A stretch of 64,000 nt of DNA from NCBI GenBank assembly GCA_963702025.1, contig OY969699.1:1152001-1216000 (forward strand), read 5' to 3'. Shown here piece by piece: positions 1 through 9,369 of this stretch. Within the stretch, counting starts at the first letter, position 1, and every line of letters starts with the position of its first letter. The notes under the pieces are model-generated. The model worked only from the letters and a program-made list of their open reading frames with translations, did not search any database and was not told the DNA's origin. This stretch comes from an uncultured bacterium. Its GTDB lineage: Bacteria; Babelota; Babeliae; Babelales; Vermiphilaceae. The position numbers and the translations under genes were made by a program.

Positions 1-484
1 TTTTTTGTTCTACCTTAGTAACTGGCCTGCCAGGCGTCTTGTACGGCATAGCTCGAAGAGCGACGACGCAAGCCCTTTATGGGCGAAGAACTTAATTTAC
101 AATGCAACGTAGTCCGTCTATGCTTTCGCTTCGTTAATATCAATTACTAAAGCAGATTGTGCTTCCCAGCCGTCGCTCTTCGAGCTATGGCGGGCACGCT
201 GCCGGACAGTCTTCGCATGTTTCTTTAAATCTTTTTTGTTCTACCTTAGTAACTGGCCTGCCAGGCGTCTTGTACGGCATAGCTCGAAGAGCGACGACGC
301 AAGCCCTTTATGGGCGAAGAACTTAATTTACAATGCAACGTAGTCCGTCTACGCTTTCGCTTCGTTAATATCAATTACTAAAGCAGATTGTGCTTCGCCG
401 GACAGTCTTCGCATGTTTCTTTAAATCTTTTTTGTTCTACCTCAGTAACTGGCCTGCCAGGCGAAGCCCTTTATGGGCGAAGAC
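1..484. repeat. Tandem array of palindrome-rich units downstream of tRNA-Arg (units start at 1, 232 and 428; continues off the left edge)
   Basis: TTTTTTGTTCTACCTYAGTAACTGGCCTGCCAGGCG recurs at 1, 232 and 428. Periods are 231 and 196 bp; the difference is a 35-nt insert at 166-200. Confidence 0.95.
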
Positions 485-561
485 TGGTGCGCCCGGAAGG
501 AGTCGAACCCTCAACCTGCGGATCCGAAGTCCGACGCTCTATCCAATTGAGCTACGGGCGC
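485..561 (-). tRNA. tRNA-Arg (anticodon UCG)
   Basis: Reverse complement GCGCCCGTAGCTCAATTGGATAGAGCGTCGGAC-TTCGGA-TCCGCAGGTTGAGGGTTCGACTCCTTCCGGGCGCACCA: cloverleaf, anticodon loop CT-TCG-GA, encoded CCA. Confidence 0.95.
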
Positions 562-618
562 ATATTACATATCAATAATTTTAGCCTAATTAACGGATTT
601 TTTCCAGTAGAATCTCAG

Positions 619-942
619 TTATTTACTCGAAGCGGGGTTTTCAGGATGCGGCAGCTTTCGTAATTGATGCATATAGATGGCAAAATTATGCCAGGAATGG
701 GACTCATTTTTTGTCACTAAACAGGTGAGCACTTTTTCCGTCGGCATTTCAACCACCTTAGCATATATCCATTTTTCTAAAAAATGTGCGGCAACAATCT
801 CATCCTGCACAAGCTGATGAGATTGCGTAACGGCGCGCGCAGCCCTAAGATCATCTTGATGTACCGCCATCCCAAGAATACGCTCTTGCGCAGTAAGAAA
901 ATTTGTACAGAATACTGTCAACCAAATCAATACCTTTTTCAT
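619..942 (-). CDS. Hypothetical protein with signal peptide
   Basis: 107-aa ORF with an MKKVLIWL signal-like N-terminus; start overlaps the tlyA stop. Confidence 0.6.
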   Translation of the reverse strand: MKKVLIWLTVFCTNFLTAQERILGMAVHQDDLRAARAVTQSHQLVQDEIVAAHFLEKWIYAKVVEMPTEKVLTCLVTKNESHSWHNFAIYMHQLRKLPHPENPASSK

Positions 943-1679
943 GAAGATTTCCCTCGAATAAAATAGGCTAAAAACTCTTTATTTCCGGTTGCCCCTTCAA
1001 TAGGCGATTCAATTATTCCTTGGCAGGTATAACCATGTTGCACAATGCCTGCGCTAACCCGCTCTATAACTTCTTGATGAATTTTTGCATCTTTTATAAT
1101 TCCACCCTTGCCAACCTCTTCCTTACGCGCCTCAAATTGCGGCTTGATGAGCACAACCAATTTTCCCTCAGGTTTAAGCACCGCATCAACCGCGTCCATA
1201 ACTTTCAAGACGGAAATGAAAGAAAGATCGAGCGTAACCAAATCAACTAACTCCCCAAGATCGCGCACTTCACGCAAATTAGTGCGCTCATGAATAATAA
1301 CCCGCTTATCGGTGCGAATTTTTTCATGCACTTGACCATAGCCAACATCAACACCATATATTTTTTGTGCACCCAATTGCAACAAACAATCAGTAAATCC
1401 GCCGGTTGAAAGGCCCGCATCCATCACGGTCAATCCGGCTACGTCGATCTTAAAATGTTCCAGCGATTTTTCTAATTTGAATCCGGCACGGCTGACATAT
1501 TTTGGTTCTTGAATGTCATAAGAAAGTGACGCATCGGGTGATATCATAGTGCCCGGTTTGGTGACAATCTGATCATCAACCTGCACCTTGCCCTGCATGA
1601 TCCAACTTTGAATCTGCACTTTGCTATACTGAGGTAACTGCTCATGAAGAGCTTGATCTAATCTTTTTTTTGTTGCCAT
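939..1679 (-). CDS. tlyA: TlyA family rRNA 2'-O-methyltransferase (S4 + FtsJ-like domains)
   Basis: KRLD N-terminal S4 domain; motifs YVSRAGFKL, DAGLSTGGFTDCLLQ, VDVGYGQ, DLSFIS, LIKPQFEA, GNKEFL. Confidence 0.95.
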   Translation of the reverse strand: MATKKRLDQALHEQLPQYSKVQIQSWIMQGKVQVDDQIVTKPGTMISPDASLSYDIQEPKYVSRAGFKLEKSLEHFKIDVAGLTVMDAGLSTGGFTDCLLQLGAQKIYGVDVGYGQVHEKIRTDKRVIIHERTNLREVRDLGELVDLVTLDLSFISVLKVMDAVDAVLKPEGKLVVLIKPQFEARKEEVGKGGIIKDAKIHQEVIERVSAGIVQHGYTCQGIIESPIEGATGNKEFLAYFIRGKSS

Positions 1680-2419
1680 ACGTTTCTTCTATATTTTTCC
1701 AACGCCACTTTGCCATTGATGACCGCTTTTTCAAAATCGGTTTGTGGACCGTCGGGTAATTTTTTAATGTAGCTTTGTGCGTTACTCAGTAATTTTTTAT
1801 CGTCTAGGAGTGCAGAGACGAGCTCTTCCATTGATGACGTGAGAACCGGGCAGGATACCCACAGAACCACATCAACAGTATGCTCATTGGCCCAATCGAT
1901 AATCTTTTTTACAGTATTATCAGGAATTTGTTGTAAAGTATTATTTTCAGTTTTTATAACCCACCCAAGAGCAATGGGAACGATTCGCTCAGAATTTAAA
2001 AGAGGTTCTGAGCCCGATCTTTTTTTCACATAAAAAATAGATTGCTCACTATATTTTTTCTCTTTCTCACTAAATGCTGAGCCTTCCCGAGCGGCAAGAT
2101 TTTGCGCAGCCTGAGAAAGCACATCAAAGCAAGAAATTGCAATCCAGCAGCGTTTATTAATACCACTTTTAACATTTATTACCGCAGAAATTCTATCTTT
2201 CTTTGGCATTAATGAATAACTGATGGGAAATTGAATATCGGTGGGTAAAAAAGTTGATGAGCACAGCTGTGCGTGGGTAACCGAATGGGCTCGCATGTTT
2301 ACCAGGCTCCCGTAGGATAACACAGCAATTCTTTTTGCCTCACATTGGCAATGAAAAAGTAACAGCAAAAAAAATGTCGTACTAAAAAAGAATCGTGAAA
2401 AATAAGTTGTCGTATTCAT
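1658..2419 (-). CDS. Secreted hypothetical protein, possible gamma-glutamylcyclotransferase-like fold
   Basis: Start taken at MNTTTY. Hydrophobic leader, then IAVLSYGSLV and NLAAREG, resembling GGCT/ChaC motifs. Confidence 0.5.
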   Translation of the reverse strand: MNTTTYFSRFFFSTTFFLLLLFHCQCEAKRIAVLSYGSLVNMRAHSVTHAQLCSSTFLPTDIQFPISYSLMPKKDRISAVINVKSGINKRCWIAISCFDVLSQAAQNLAAREGSAFSEKEKKYSEQSIFYVKKRSGSEPLLNSERIVPIALGWVIKTENNTLQQIPDNTVKKIIDWANEHTVDVVLWVSCPVLTSSMEELVSALLDDKKLLSNAQSYIKKLPDGPQTDFEKAVINGKVALEKYRRNVWQQKKD

Positions 2420-2518
2420 ATAATCTTCCCTTGCCCGCAGTGTATTACAAGCACCTTTTAAAATGAAGAATCTTGGTGTTTTGATGCACCAAGATTCTTC
2501 ACACACTTACTTTTTGAT

Positions 2519-4210
2519 TTACGACAACGGAATTGGCATCGAGCCGGCACTCATCTGTTTGCGCTCTAGATACGCAGAAATCAGTGACCGCGATGTTTCA
2601 CTCAACGCATAATGATAATCGTGTGATAATATCTGCTCTTCTTCTAATACTCTATCCCACGGAAGCACCACAAAGAGGTTATCAGAAACACGCATTAAGT
2701 TATCTGATGCTTTAATAGTTAAAAACTTATCATTAAATGCAGTGCGCAAAGCGCTGCGCAGCTCGTCCAGTGTGGTAACTTTTATACCATTTATCTCATT
2801 GATGGTTGATCCGGGAGTTAATGTTCTCATGCGATACAACTGTGAATCAGCAAAAATATGTGTGATTAAGAGTACTGATTCACTTTGGTTTTTCATCTCG
2901 GCAAATTTTACTAAGCCTGGCACCATCTTCTCCATGATATGGATGTGATTGAGACTCAATTGCATAACCACCATGCCGGCAAAGACCTCATAATCTATCT
3001 TTTCATAGCCCGGATATATTTTTCGCACGGGTGGTAATTCCATTAAATCAAACGCAATGTTAAATTCTTTGCGTTCACCTTTGCGATACACTATCACACG
3101 CACTGTTTCGCCGACCGGAATACGGCTGATATAATCAACAATCGATATTTTATCCTCACTCCATGGCACATTCATATCGCCATAGACGTCAACTTTATGG
3201 CCGTTAATGTCATACAGCATATCCCCTTGTTGCACACCGGCTTTGGCCATAGTGCTTCCTTTGACCACTTCAACAATATAACAGCCGCCCGGTTGCGGAT
3301 TGCCCAGATATTCAGTCAATGATTCAGAAGCATTATTATATAAAATTCCCAAGAACGGTTTGCGCAGCAACTTCGTTTTATGCAAATCAGGCAAAACAAT
3401 TTTTAAATCATTAACCGGGATTGCATATCCAACATTTTGAGCTTCAGTGACACCTGCAGAATTGATGCCAACCACTTCACCTGATTCATTTAACAACGGA
3501 CCGCCGGAACTGCCCGGGTTTATTGCGGCACTTATTTGCAGCATATGTTGCTCACGGCCACTAATAACACCTGTAGTACTTTTAAGCGATTGCTGACCCA
3601 GCGGATATCCGAGTGCCAAAACATCATCCGAGCGACGCACCATATCAGAATCACCCAGTGGTAAAAATGGAACACTTCCTAAAGCCGATCGGATCACTTC
3701 CAATCCATCCGGCTTTACTTTGCATAATGCAAGGTCACGGTCTGGGGTCATACCCACCACTTCGATATCAATAATTCTACGACCAAGTGAAGGAATTTGG
3801 ATCCACAGCGTACGCGATTGGTTAATCACATGAGCATTGGTTACCAAATATCCTTCTTCATTAATAAAAAAACCGCTGCCGCAGACTGAATATTGTTGTG
3901 GCGTGCGATACGGCTGCAGCAGGTCAAATTCTGCAATCTGCGCAAAAACTTGCACTACCGTATCTTTAACTTGATCCTGAATAGGTCGCCATAAAACACT
4001 TTTTGAAACAACCTTTTCAACCACTTGGGTTGGAATATCAATCTGTTTTGCCAGTTCAAAGTTGGCTGTTTGAATTTGTGAAAGAGTATCTGAAACTTGT
4101 CGCTGTTCTTTGTAGAGCAAAAAGCAGCCGAATCCTAAGGCAAATACTATGAGAATAAGCGCAATCAATGCGAAATCTTGAATTCTTTTATCGTTAAAAA
4201 TACTGATCAT
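2519..4210 (-). CDS. Membrane-anchored HtrA/Deg-type trypsin-like serine protease with PDZ domains
   Basis: N-terminal TM helix; catalytic triad motifs TNAHV, DLAL and INPGSSGGP; PDZ-like C-terminal regions. Confidence 0.92.
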   Translation of the reverse strand: MISIFNDKRIQDFALIALILIVFALGFGCFLLYKEQRQVSDTLSQIQTANFELAKQIDIPTQVVEKVVSKSVLWRPIQDQVKDTVVQVFAQIAEFDLLQPYRTPQQYSVCGSGFFINEEGYLVTNAHVINQSRTLWIQIPSLGRRIIDIEVVGMTPDRDLALCKVKPDGLEVIRSALGSVPFLPLGDSDMVRRSDDVLALGYPLGQQSLKSTTGVISGREQHMLQISAAINPGSSGGPLLNESGEVVGINSAGVTEAQNVGYAIPVNDLKIVLPDLHKTKLLRKPFLGILYNNASESLTEYLGNPQPGGCYIVEVVKGSTMAKAGVQQGDMLYDINGHKVDVYGDMNVPWSEDKISIVDYISRIPVGETVRVIVYRKGERKEFNIAFDLMELPPVRKIYPGYEKIDYEVFAGMVVMQLSLNHIHIMEKMVPGLVKFAEMKNQSESVLLITHIFADSQLYRMRTLTPGSTINEINGIKVTTLDELRSALRTAFNDKFLTIKASDNLMRVSDNLFVVLPWDRVLEEEQILSHDYHYALSETSRSLISAYLERKQMSAGSMPIPLS

Positions 4211-4234
4211 CGGCGTCCTTTAGATTTATAAATC

Positions 4235-4951
4235 TTAATGAGAAACTATGTATGTAGTTTGAGGGGTTGTTGCTTGAATAAGCGCTGCTTGCGCGGCAAC
4301 CATTTGCGCATGCTGCATCTCAATCATAGTCTGTGCATTACATTCATTGATAAAACCGGCATCTTCCTTAAGTACTTTCAGCGCACCCCGAATAACTGCT
4401 TGAAAGCCCTGGATAATGAGCATGTAATCGTTTGATGACTCTTTTAAATCAGTACGATAAGAATCGGCAACAATAGCAAACGAGGCATAATATGAATCAA
4501 GTAGATCATATTGCCGATTCAAAAATCTAAATCCCTCATAGAGCGGAAACTTTGCTTTAAAGTAGGCATCTTTTATGAGTGGTACAATATCTTGTTCAGA
4601 CGTCTCTAATAAATCAACAATCAACTGATAAGAAGCAACTACATAAAGGCCATCTCGAGCATAATTATAATGGGCTTCCGGAACATAATTAGCGCGAAAG
4701 TAACCCATAATTAACGTGCCAATTCCTCCGGCAATGCCATAAGCAAGTGCATGCTCCTGCAGTTTTGGTATTTCACCACTAAAAAGGTATCCCAATCCTG
4801 CATATGAGCCTACGGTTATCAAACCACCCTTAAGTGCCGAAAAGAGTATCGCCTCCTTGGATTTGGCAGATAATGTGACATATTCGTTTCCACATTGAAT
4901 AGTTGAGCCCACAACAAAACACCCGGCAATGAATAACATAGTTTTCTTCAT
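4235..4951 (-). CDS. Hypothetical membrane/secreted protein
   Basis: Start at MKKTMLF after an AGGA RBS; signal peptide plus two hydrophobic segments. Confidence 0.7.
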   Translation of the reverse strand: MKKTMLFIAGCFVVGSTIQCGNEYVTLSAKSKEAILFSALKGGLITVGSYAGLGYLFSGEIPKLQEHALAYGIAGGIGTLIMGYFRANYVPEAHYNYARDGLYVVASYQLIVDLLETSEQDIVPLIKDAYFKAKFPLYEGFRFLNRQYDLLDSYYASFAIVADSYRTDLKESSNDYMLIIQGFQAVIRGALKVLKEDAGFINECNAQTMIEMQHAQMVAAQAALIQATTPQTTYIVSH

Positions 4952-5106
4952 TCGATTCCTTATAAGCAAAAAAATTACTTGATTGATCAATGTATACCAT
5001 GATTCGCGCACAAGTACAATGGCAAGCCCCTTTGCATCGATTTGCAAAAAAGCTATAAAAAAATTACCCTATTCCTACACTATCATTTAGGCTATTGGGA
5101 GTTTTC

Positions 5107-6417
5107 ATGAATTCATCAAGTCCGGCAACCTTAGAAAAACTAGTTGCCCTTTGTAAGCGTCGCGGTTTTGTTTATCAATCTGCTGAAATATATGGCGGAC
5201 TTAACGGGGTTTATGATTTTGGCCACCTTGGCACGCTCATGAAACAAAATATTCGCAAAGCATGGCTTGAATCATTGTATAAAACAAATGACAACATTTT
5301 GCTCTTCGAAGGAGCAATCCTGGGATCCCAAGAAACCTGGAAAGCATCCGGACACGTTGACAATTTTAGTGACCCTATGGTTGATTGCCTTAATTGCAAA
5401 CATCGCTATAGAATTGATGAGATTAACCTTGAAAAAGCATGTCCTCATTGTGGCATAAAAAAATGGACCGAACCACGCCAATTCAACATGATGTTTCAAA
5501 CGCAACTTGGTGCAGCAGCGGATCAATCTTCCATTGCCTATTTGAGGCCCGAAACAGCACAATCGATTTTCATAAACTTCAAGAATGTGCTTTCCACCAA
5601 TCGTATAAAAATTCCCTTTGGGATCGCGCAGATCGGTAAAGCATTTCGTAATGAAATTACACCCAAACAATTTTTGTTCCGCATGAGGGAATTTGAACAA
5701 ATGGAACTGGAATGGTTTTGCAAACCAGAAGAAGCGGATCATTTCTTTAATATCTGGGTAAAAGCACGTGAAGCGTTCTATCCCTACGTGGGGATCAACA
5801 AAGATAAAATTCGTTTGCGAGCACATGCCAAAGATGAGCTCTCTCACTATTCTAAGGGAACCACCGACGTTGAATATGATTTTCCTTTTGGCTGGAAAGA
5901 ACTTGAAGGAATCGCCAATCGCGGTGACTTTGATCTTCGCCAGCACAGCAGCCATTCAGGCAAAGATTTGGCCGTCTATGATGAGGAAACAAAGCAATCC
6001 TATATTCCTTGGGTGGTTGAATGTTCCGTGGGAGTCGACCGTCTCTTTTTAACACTACTCTTTGATGCCTACGCGGAAGATACGGTAGAAGGCGAAGAGC
6101 GCATTTTCCTTCGTTTGCATCCACGCATAGCGCCGATTAAAGCTGCTTTTTTACCGCTGACTAAAAAACAAGTTGACCCGATGAAAGAAATTTTTAATGG
6201 CATTCGCGCAAAAGGATATCAGATACAATTTGATGAATCGGCTTCCATCGGTAAGCGCTATCGCCGCCAGGATGAGATTGGTACCCCTCTTTGTTTCACC
6301 TACGATTTTGAGAGTGAAACGGATCATTGCGTTACGGTCCGCAATCGTGATACAACCAAACAGGAACGTATTCCTATTTCTCAAATAGAATCCTATATCA
6401 TTGCTCTATTACAATAA
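5107..6417 (+). CDS. glyQS: Glycine--tRNA ligase, homodimeric (alpha2) type
   Basis: Motifs LCKRRGF, YLRPETAQ, GKAFRNEITP, FRMREFEQMELE, ELEGIANR, IGKRYRRQDEIGTP; ATG at 5107 after GGAG. Confidence 0.97.
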   Translation: MNSSSPATLEKLVALCKRRGFVYQSAEIYGGLNGVYDFGHLGTLMKQNIRKAWLESLYKTNDNILLFEGAILGSQETWKASGHVDNFSDPMVDCLNCKHRYRIDEINLEKACPHCGIKKWTEPRQFNMMFQTQLGAAADQSSIAYLRPETAQSIFINFKNVLSTNRIKIPFGIAQIGKAFRNEITPKQFLFRMREFEQMELEWFCKPEEADHFFNIWVKAREAFYPYVGINKDKIRLRAHAKDELSHYSKGTTDVEYDFPFGWKELEGIANRGDFDLRQHSSHSGKDLAVYDEETKQSYIPWVVECSVGVDRLFLTLLFDAYAEDTVEGEERIFLRLHPRIAPIKAAFLPLTKKQVDPMKEIFNGIRAKGYQIQFDESASIGKRYRRQDEIGTPLCFTYDFESETDHCVTVRNRDTTKQERIPISQIESYIIALLQ

Positions 6418-6434
6418 AACAGAGGATCTGTTAT

Positions 6435-7775
6435 ATGAGTAATTCTCGCTTAGCACATTTTTCTGCGGGGCGCGTTATTCTTTTTGCTCTTTTTTGTACC
6501 ATTATGCTGGGAACACTTTTACTGGCACTCCCCATTTCTCGCCTAGCGCCTATGGCATTTATTGATCTGTTGTTTACCGCTACTTCGGTCACCTGCGTTA
6601 CGGGTATCTTTACCGTGCCCCTTGATCAGTTTACTTTTTTTGGCCACTGCGTTTTGTTATTTTTGATGCAAATTGGCGGTCTTGGCATTATCACTTTAAC
6701 ACTCTTTTTGTTATCTTCGTTTATGCATTTAGGGCTTGCCAGCCAGTTGATGGCGGGCAAATTATTAGAACTAGAATCATGGAAAAATATTCGCGAGTTG
6801 CTCGAATTTATTATTCTGTTGACCGTTAGCATTGAACTGTTAGGGGCTGCCAGCTTTTTTCTCGTGTTCAGCCATGAATACTCTACCGGGCACGCATTGT
6901 TTTTATCACTGTTTCATGCCGTCTCCTTTTTTTGCAATGCGGGCATAACGCTCTTTCAGAGTGGCATCTCCGTTTATGCAAACAATTATCAAGTTATCGG
7001 AACAGCTGCATTATTGATGCTCATTGGCGGACTCGGGTTTGTTACGATCTATGAATTGATCATGCGCGTATTTGGGGAAAAAAAACATCTTCATTTCTCT
7101 TTGCAAAGTAAAATTGTATTATACGGTGCCGTGATCGGCATCAGCGTTACCGCCCTTTTAATCTGGTTGTTGGAACGGCACCATGCATTTGCCTCCATGA
7201 GCATTTTTGGCAGCGTTATCAATAGTATTTTTCATGCAATATCATTCCGCAGCACCGGATTGCTCAGTGTATCGGTAGGCAGCCTCCATTTGGCCACTCT
7301 TTTTCTTGTTTTAATAGTTTCTTTTATTGGTTCGGCCCCCGGCTCAACCGGTAGCGGTGTACGCACCACGGCGATGGCAATTTATTTAAGTGTTGTCCGT
7401 GCTGCAATTGAAGGACAAACAACCATCAATATCGGCAGCCGACGAATCGCAAAAGATCAAGTGAATAAGGCAATTGCAATTATTTCATTGAGCATTTTTT
7501 GGATAGCGTTAACAACTTTTTCTTTGCTGATAATCGAGCCGCGATGGCAATTTATCGATGTTCTTTTTGAAACGGTCTGCGCATTCACCAATCTTGGGTT
7601 GACAACCGGAATCACTCCGCATCTTTCTTCGCTGGGTAAATTTTTAATAATGTTGAGTATGATTATTGGTAGAATTGGTTCTTTGACCCTTATTTTGGCA
7701 CTGCGTAAAATTGCTCTTCGCGCAGAAAACAAGGCTGACATTGTGTATCCTGAAGAACGAGTTATGTTGAGTTAA
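6435..7775 (+). CDS. ktrB: Ktr/Trk potassium uptake membrane subunit
   Basis: Four pore-loop repeats (TATSVTCVTG, FCNAG, FRSTG, FTNLGLTTG), GSTGSG and C-terminal YPEERV. Confidence 0.92.
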   Translation: MSNSRLAHFSAGRVILFALFCTIMLGTLLLALPISRLAPMAFIDLLFTATSVTCVTGIFTVPLDQFTFFGHCVLLFLMQIGGLGIITLTLFLLSSFMHLGLASQLMAGKLLELESWKNIRELLEFIILLTVSIELLGAASFFLVFSHEYSTGHALFLSLFHAVSFFCNAGITLFQSGISVYANNYQVIGTAALLMLIGGLGFVTIYELIMRVFGEKKHLHFSLQSKIVLYGAVIGISVTALLIWLLERHHAFASMSIFGSVINSIFHAISFRSTGLLSVSVGSLHLATLFLVLIVSFIGSAPGSTGSGVRTTAMAIYLSVVRAAIEGQTTINIGSRRIAKDQVNKAIAIISLSIFWIALTTFSLLIIEPRWQFIDVLFETVCAFTNLGLTTGITPHLSSLGKFLIMLSMIIGRIGSLTLILALRKIALRAENKADIVYPEERVMLS

Positions 7776-7784
7776 GGAATTTAT

Positions 7785-8429
7785 ATGAAATTTGGTGTGA
7801 TCGGTCTTGGTAGATTTGGTCATGATGTTGCCACATTACTTGCAGAAAATGGCATGGAAGTATTAGCGGTCGATGACAATGAATCAATCATTACCTCGAT
7901 TCGAGATAATGTAACCCAGGCAATCTGTTTACGAATTACCGATGAGGCATCCTTGCGCAGCATTGGCATGGATGAAATGGACACGGTAATTGTTGCCATG
8001 GGAGAAAATATAGCGCAATCAATTCTCATTACTGCATTGCTCAAAAAACGGCTGCATGTAAAAAAAGTAATTACTCGCGCAGTTAATGATATCCATAAAG
8101 AGATTCTCACCTTGGTAGGCGCCGATCAAGTAATATTGCCAGAAAAAGAGGTAGGGATTCATCTGGCTGATCGCTTGAGTTCCCCTTTTATTGACCTGTT
8201 GCGCATCACCAAAGATTTTTCTGTAAGCCAGCTGTTGGCCCCCAAAAAAATGGTGGGCAAAAAAGTGTCTGATTTAGATTTATATGAGAATTATCAAATC
8301 TACTGCATTGGGATCAAAGATGAGGGTGAGGAGATTCATTCAATCGATCCTGATCACGTTATTACCGCAACCGATTGGCTGGTATTTTCTGGTAGCAAAA
8401 AGAATTTAGAGAAAATTACGAAATTATAG
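7785..8429 (+). CDS. ktrA: Ktr/Trk potassium uptake RCK subunit
   Basis: VIGLGRFG Rossmann motif, GADQVILPEKE, TrkA-C domain; follows ktrB. Confidence 0.92.
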   Translation: MKFGVIGLGRFGHDVATLLAENGMEVLAVDDNESIITSIRDNVTQAICLRITDEASLRSIGMDEMDTVIVAMGENIAQSILITALLKKRLHVKKVITRAVNDIHKEILTLVGADQVILPEKEVGIHLADRLSSPFIDLLRITKDFSVSQLLAPKKMVGKKVSDLDLYENYQIYCIGIKDEGEEIHSIDPDHVITATDWLVFSGSKKNLEKITKL

Positions 8430-8465
8430 GCCTGATCTATTCATCTACCCACAATTGCCTTTAAA

Positions 8466-8498
8466 AAAGACGAGAGGCTAGAGAAATTATCTCTAGCC
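8466..8498. terminator. Probable terminator hairpin between convergent ktrA and rplU
   Basis: GGCTAGAGA-aatta-TCTCTAGCC stem (8476-8498) with an A-tract to the left. Confidence 0.6.
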
Positions 8499-8528
8499 CC
8501 GAATATTTTGTATAACCGTTGGTGTGTT

Positions 8529-8879
8529 TCAGATCGATTCAAAACGAATAACGGTCAAATGTGCCCGACTATTCTTTTGAACGCTTACCTTTTTACGGCG
8601 TTTGAAGCGAAGGGAGACCTTTTTTGGTCCTTTCATTTGCTTTACAATCACCGCAGTAACTGAACCATTAAGATATGGCTTGCCAATCTCAAAATTATTG
8701 TCACCTGATTTGCGCAAGAGAACTTCTTTAAATTCTACTTTTGCGCCCGGTTCACCCTCGATACGATCGATAGCCAAAGTTTTGCCTTCAACTGCTTGAT
8801 ATTGTTTCATACCACGCTGAAATATCGCGTATTTATCGAATGTGTGAATGTTATTATTTTCGTTATTGCTCTGTGCCAT
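8529..8879 (-). CDS. rplU: 50S ribosomal protein L21
   Basis: YAIFQRGMKQYQAVEG, VEFKEVLL, IGKPYL, FKRRKK; start taken at MAQSNN. Confidence 0.92.
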   Translation of the reverse strand: MAQSNNENNNIHTFDKYAIFQRGMKQYQAVEGKTLAIDRIEGEPGAKVEFKEVLLRKSGDNNFEIGKPYLNGSVTAVIVKQMKGPKKVSLRFKRRKKVSVQKNSRAHLTVIRFESI

Positions 8880-9095
8880 CTTCAAGAATCCTATTGATGA
8901 TGAATCATAATTTTCGTCATTTATAAAGCATTTTAACAAATATTCTCGGGAAGGTCTACTGCAAATTACATAAGAAATAAAGTTCTTATATTGTCCAATT
9001 ATTTCTATTAGGAAATTTATTTTTGAGATTTGCAAATTCCTTTTACTATGATATGTTAAAAATATAATCTTTTCTATCCTGGAGGTCTTCTTAAA

Positions 9096-9341
9096 ATGAA
9101 AAAATTATCAACTATCTTACTTACTGTACTTTTAACAGGTTCAGCGTTTACGAGAACGCAGGGCAGCCCACGAGTGGTCAACCTTAGCACCTTACGCGCT
9201 TTAGCAGTTGCTGGGGCAACGAGCCTTGGTTGTTTCGCTGCAAAAAAACTGTTGCGCGAAGGGCATCCTATCGTGGCAAAAGGTGTAGCCCTTGCATGCT
9301 TTTTATTAGCGGCACAAACCGTTTCAGATATTGTTCAATAA
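9096..9341 (+). CDS. Small hypothetical membrane protein
   Basis: GGAGG RBS, MKK signal peptide, two hydrophobic segments. Confidence 0.7.
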   Translation: MKKLSTILLTVLLTGSAFTRTQGSPRVVNLSTLRALAVAGATSLGCFAAKKLLREGHPIVAKGVALACFLLAAQTVSDIVQ

Positions 9342-9369
9342 TAGATTAATCGTATTAATGGTGGTTATC

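Noticed and set aside
1..484. Possible CRISPR array
   Set aside because: Units are about 200-230 bp and nearly identical throughout, with no unique spacers and no cas genes in the window.
388..663. ORFs 388-663 and 390-578
   Set aside because: They run across the repeat and antisense to tRNA-Arg; spurious.
939..1679. TlyA as a haemolysin or virulence factor
   Set aside because: The sequence supports only the S4 plus methyltransferase family; haemolytic activity cannot be inferred.
5272..5955. 227-aa antisense ORF inside glyQS (and similar shadow ORFs in mutS, uvrA, dnaE, ppsA, pyrG and 40716-41261)
   Set aside because: They lie fully within well-supported genes, have no recognisable motifs, and are expected from codon bias.
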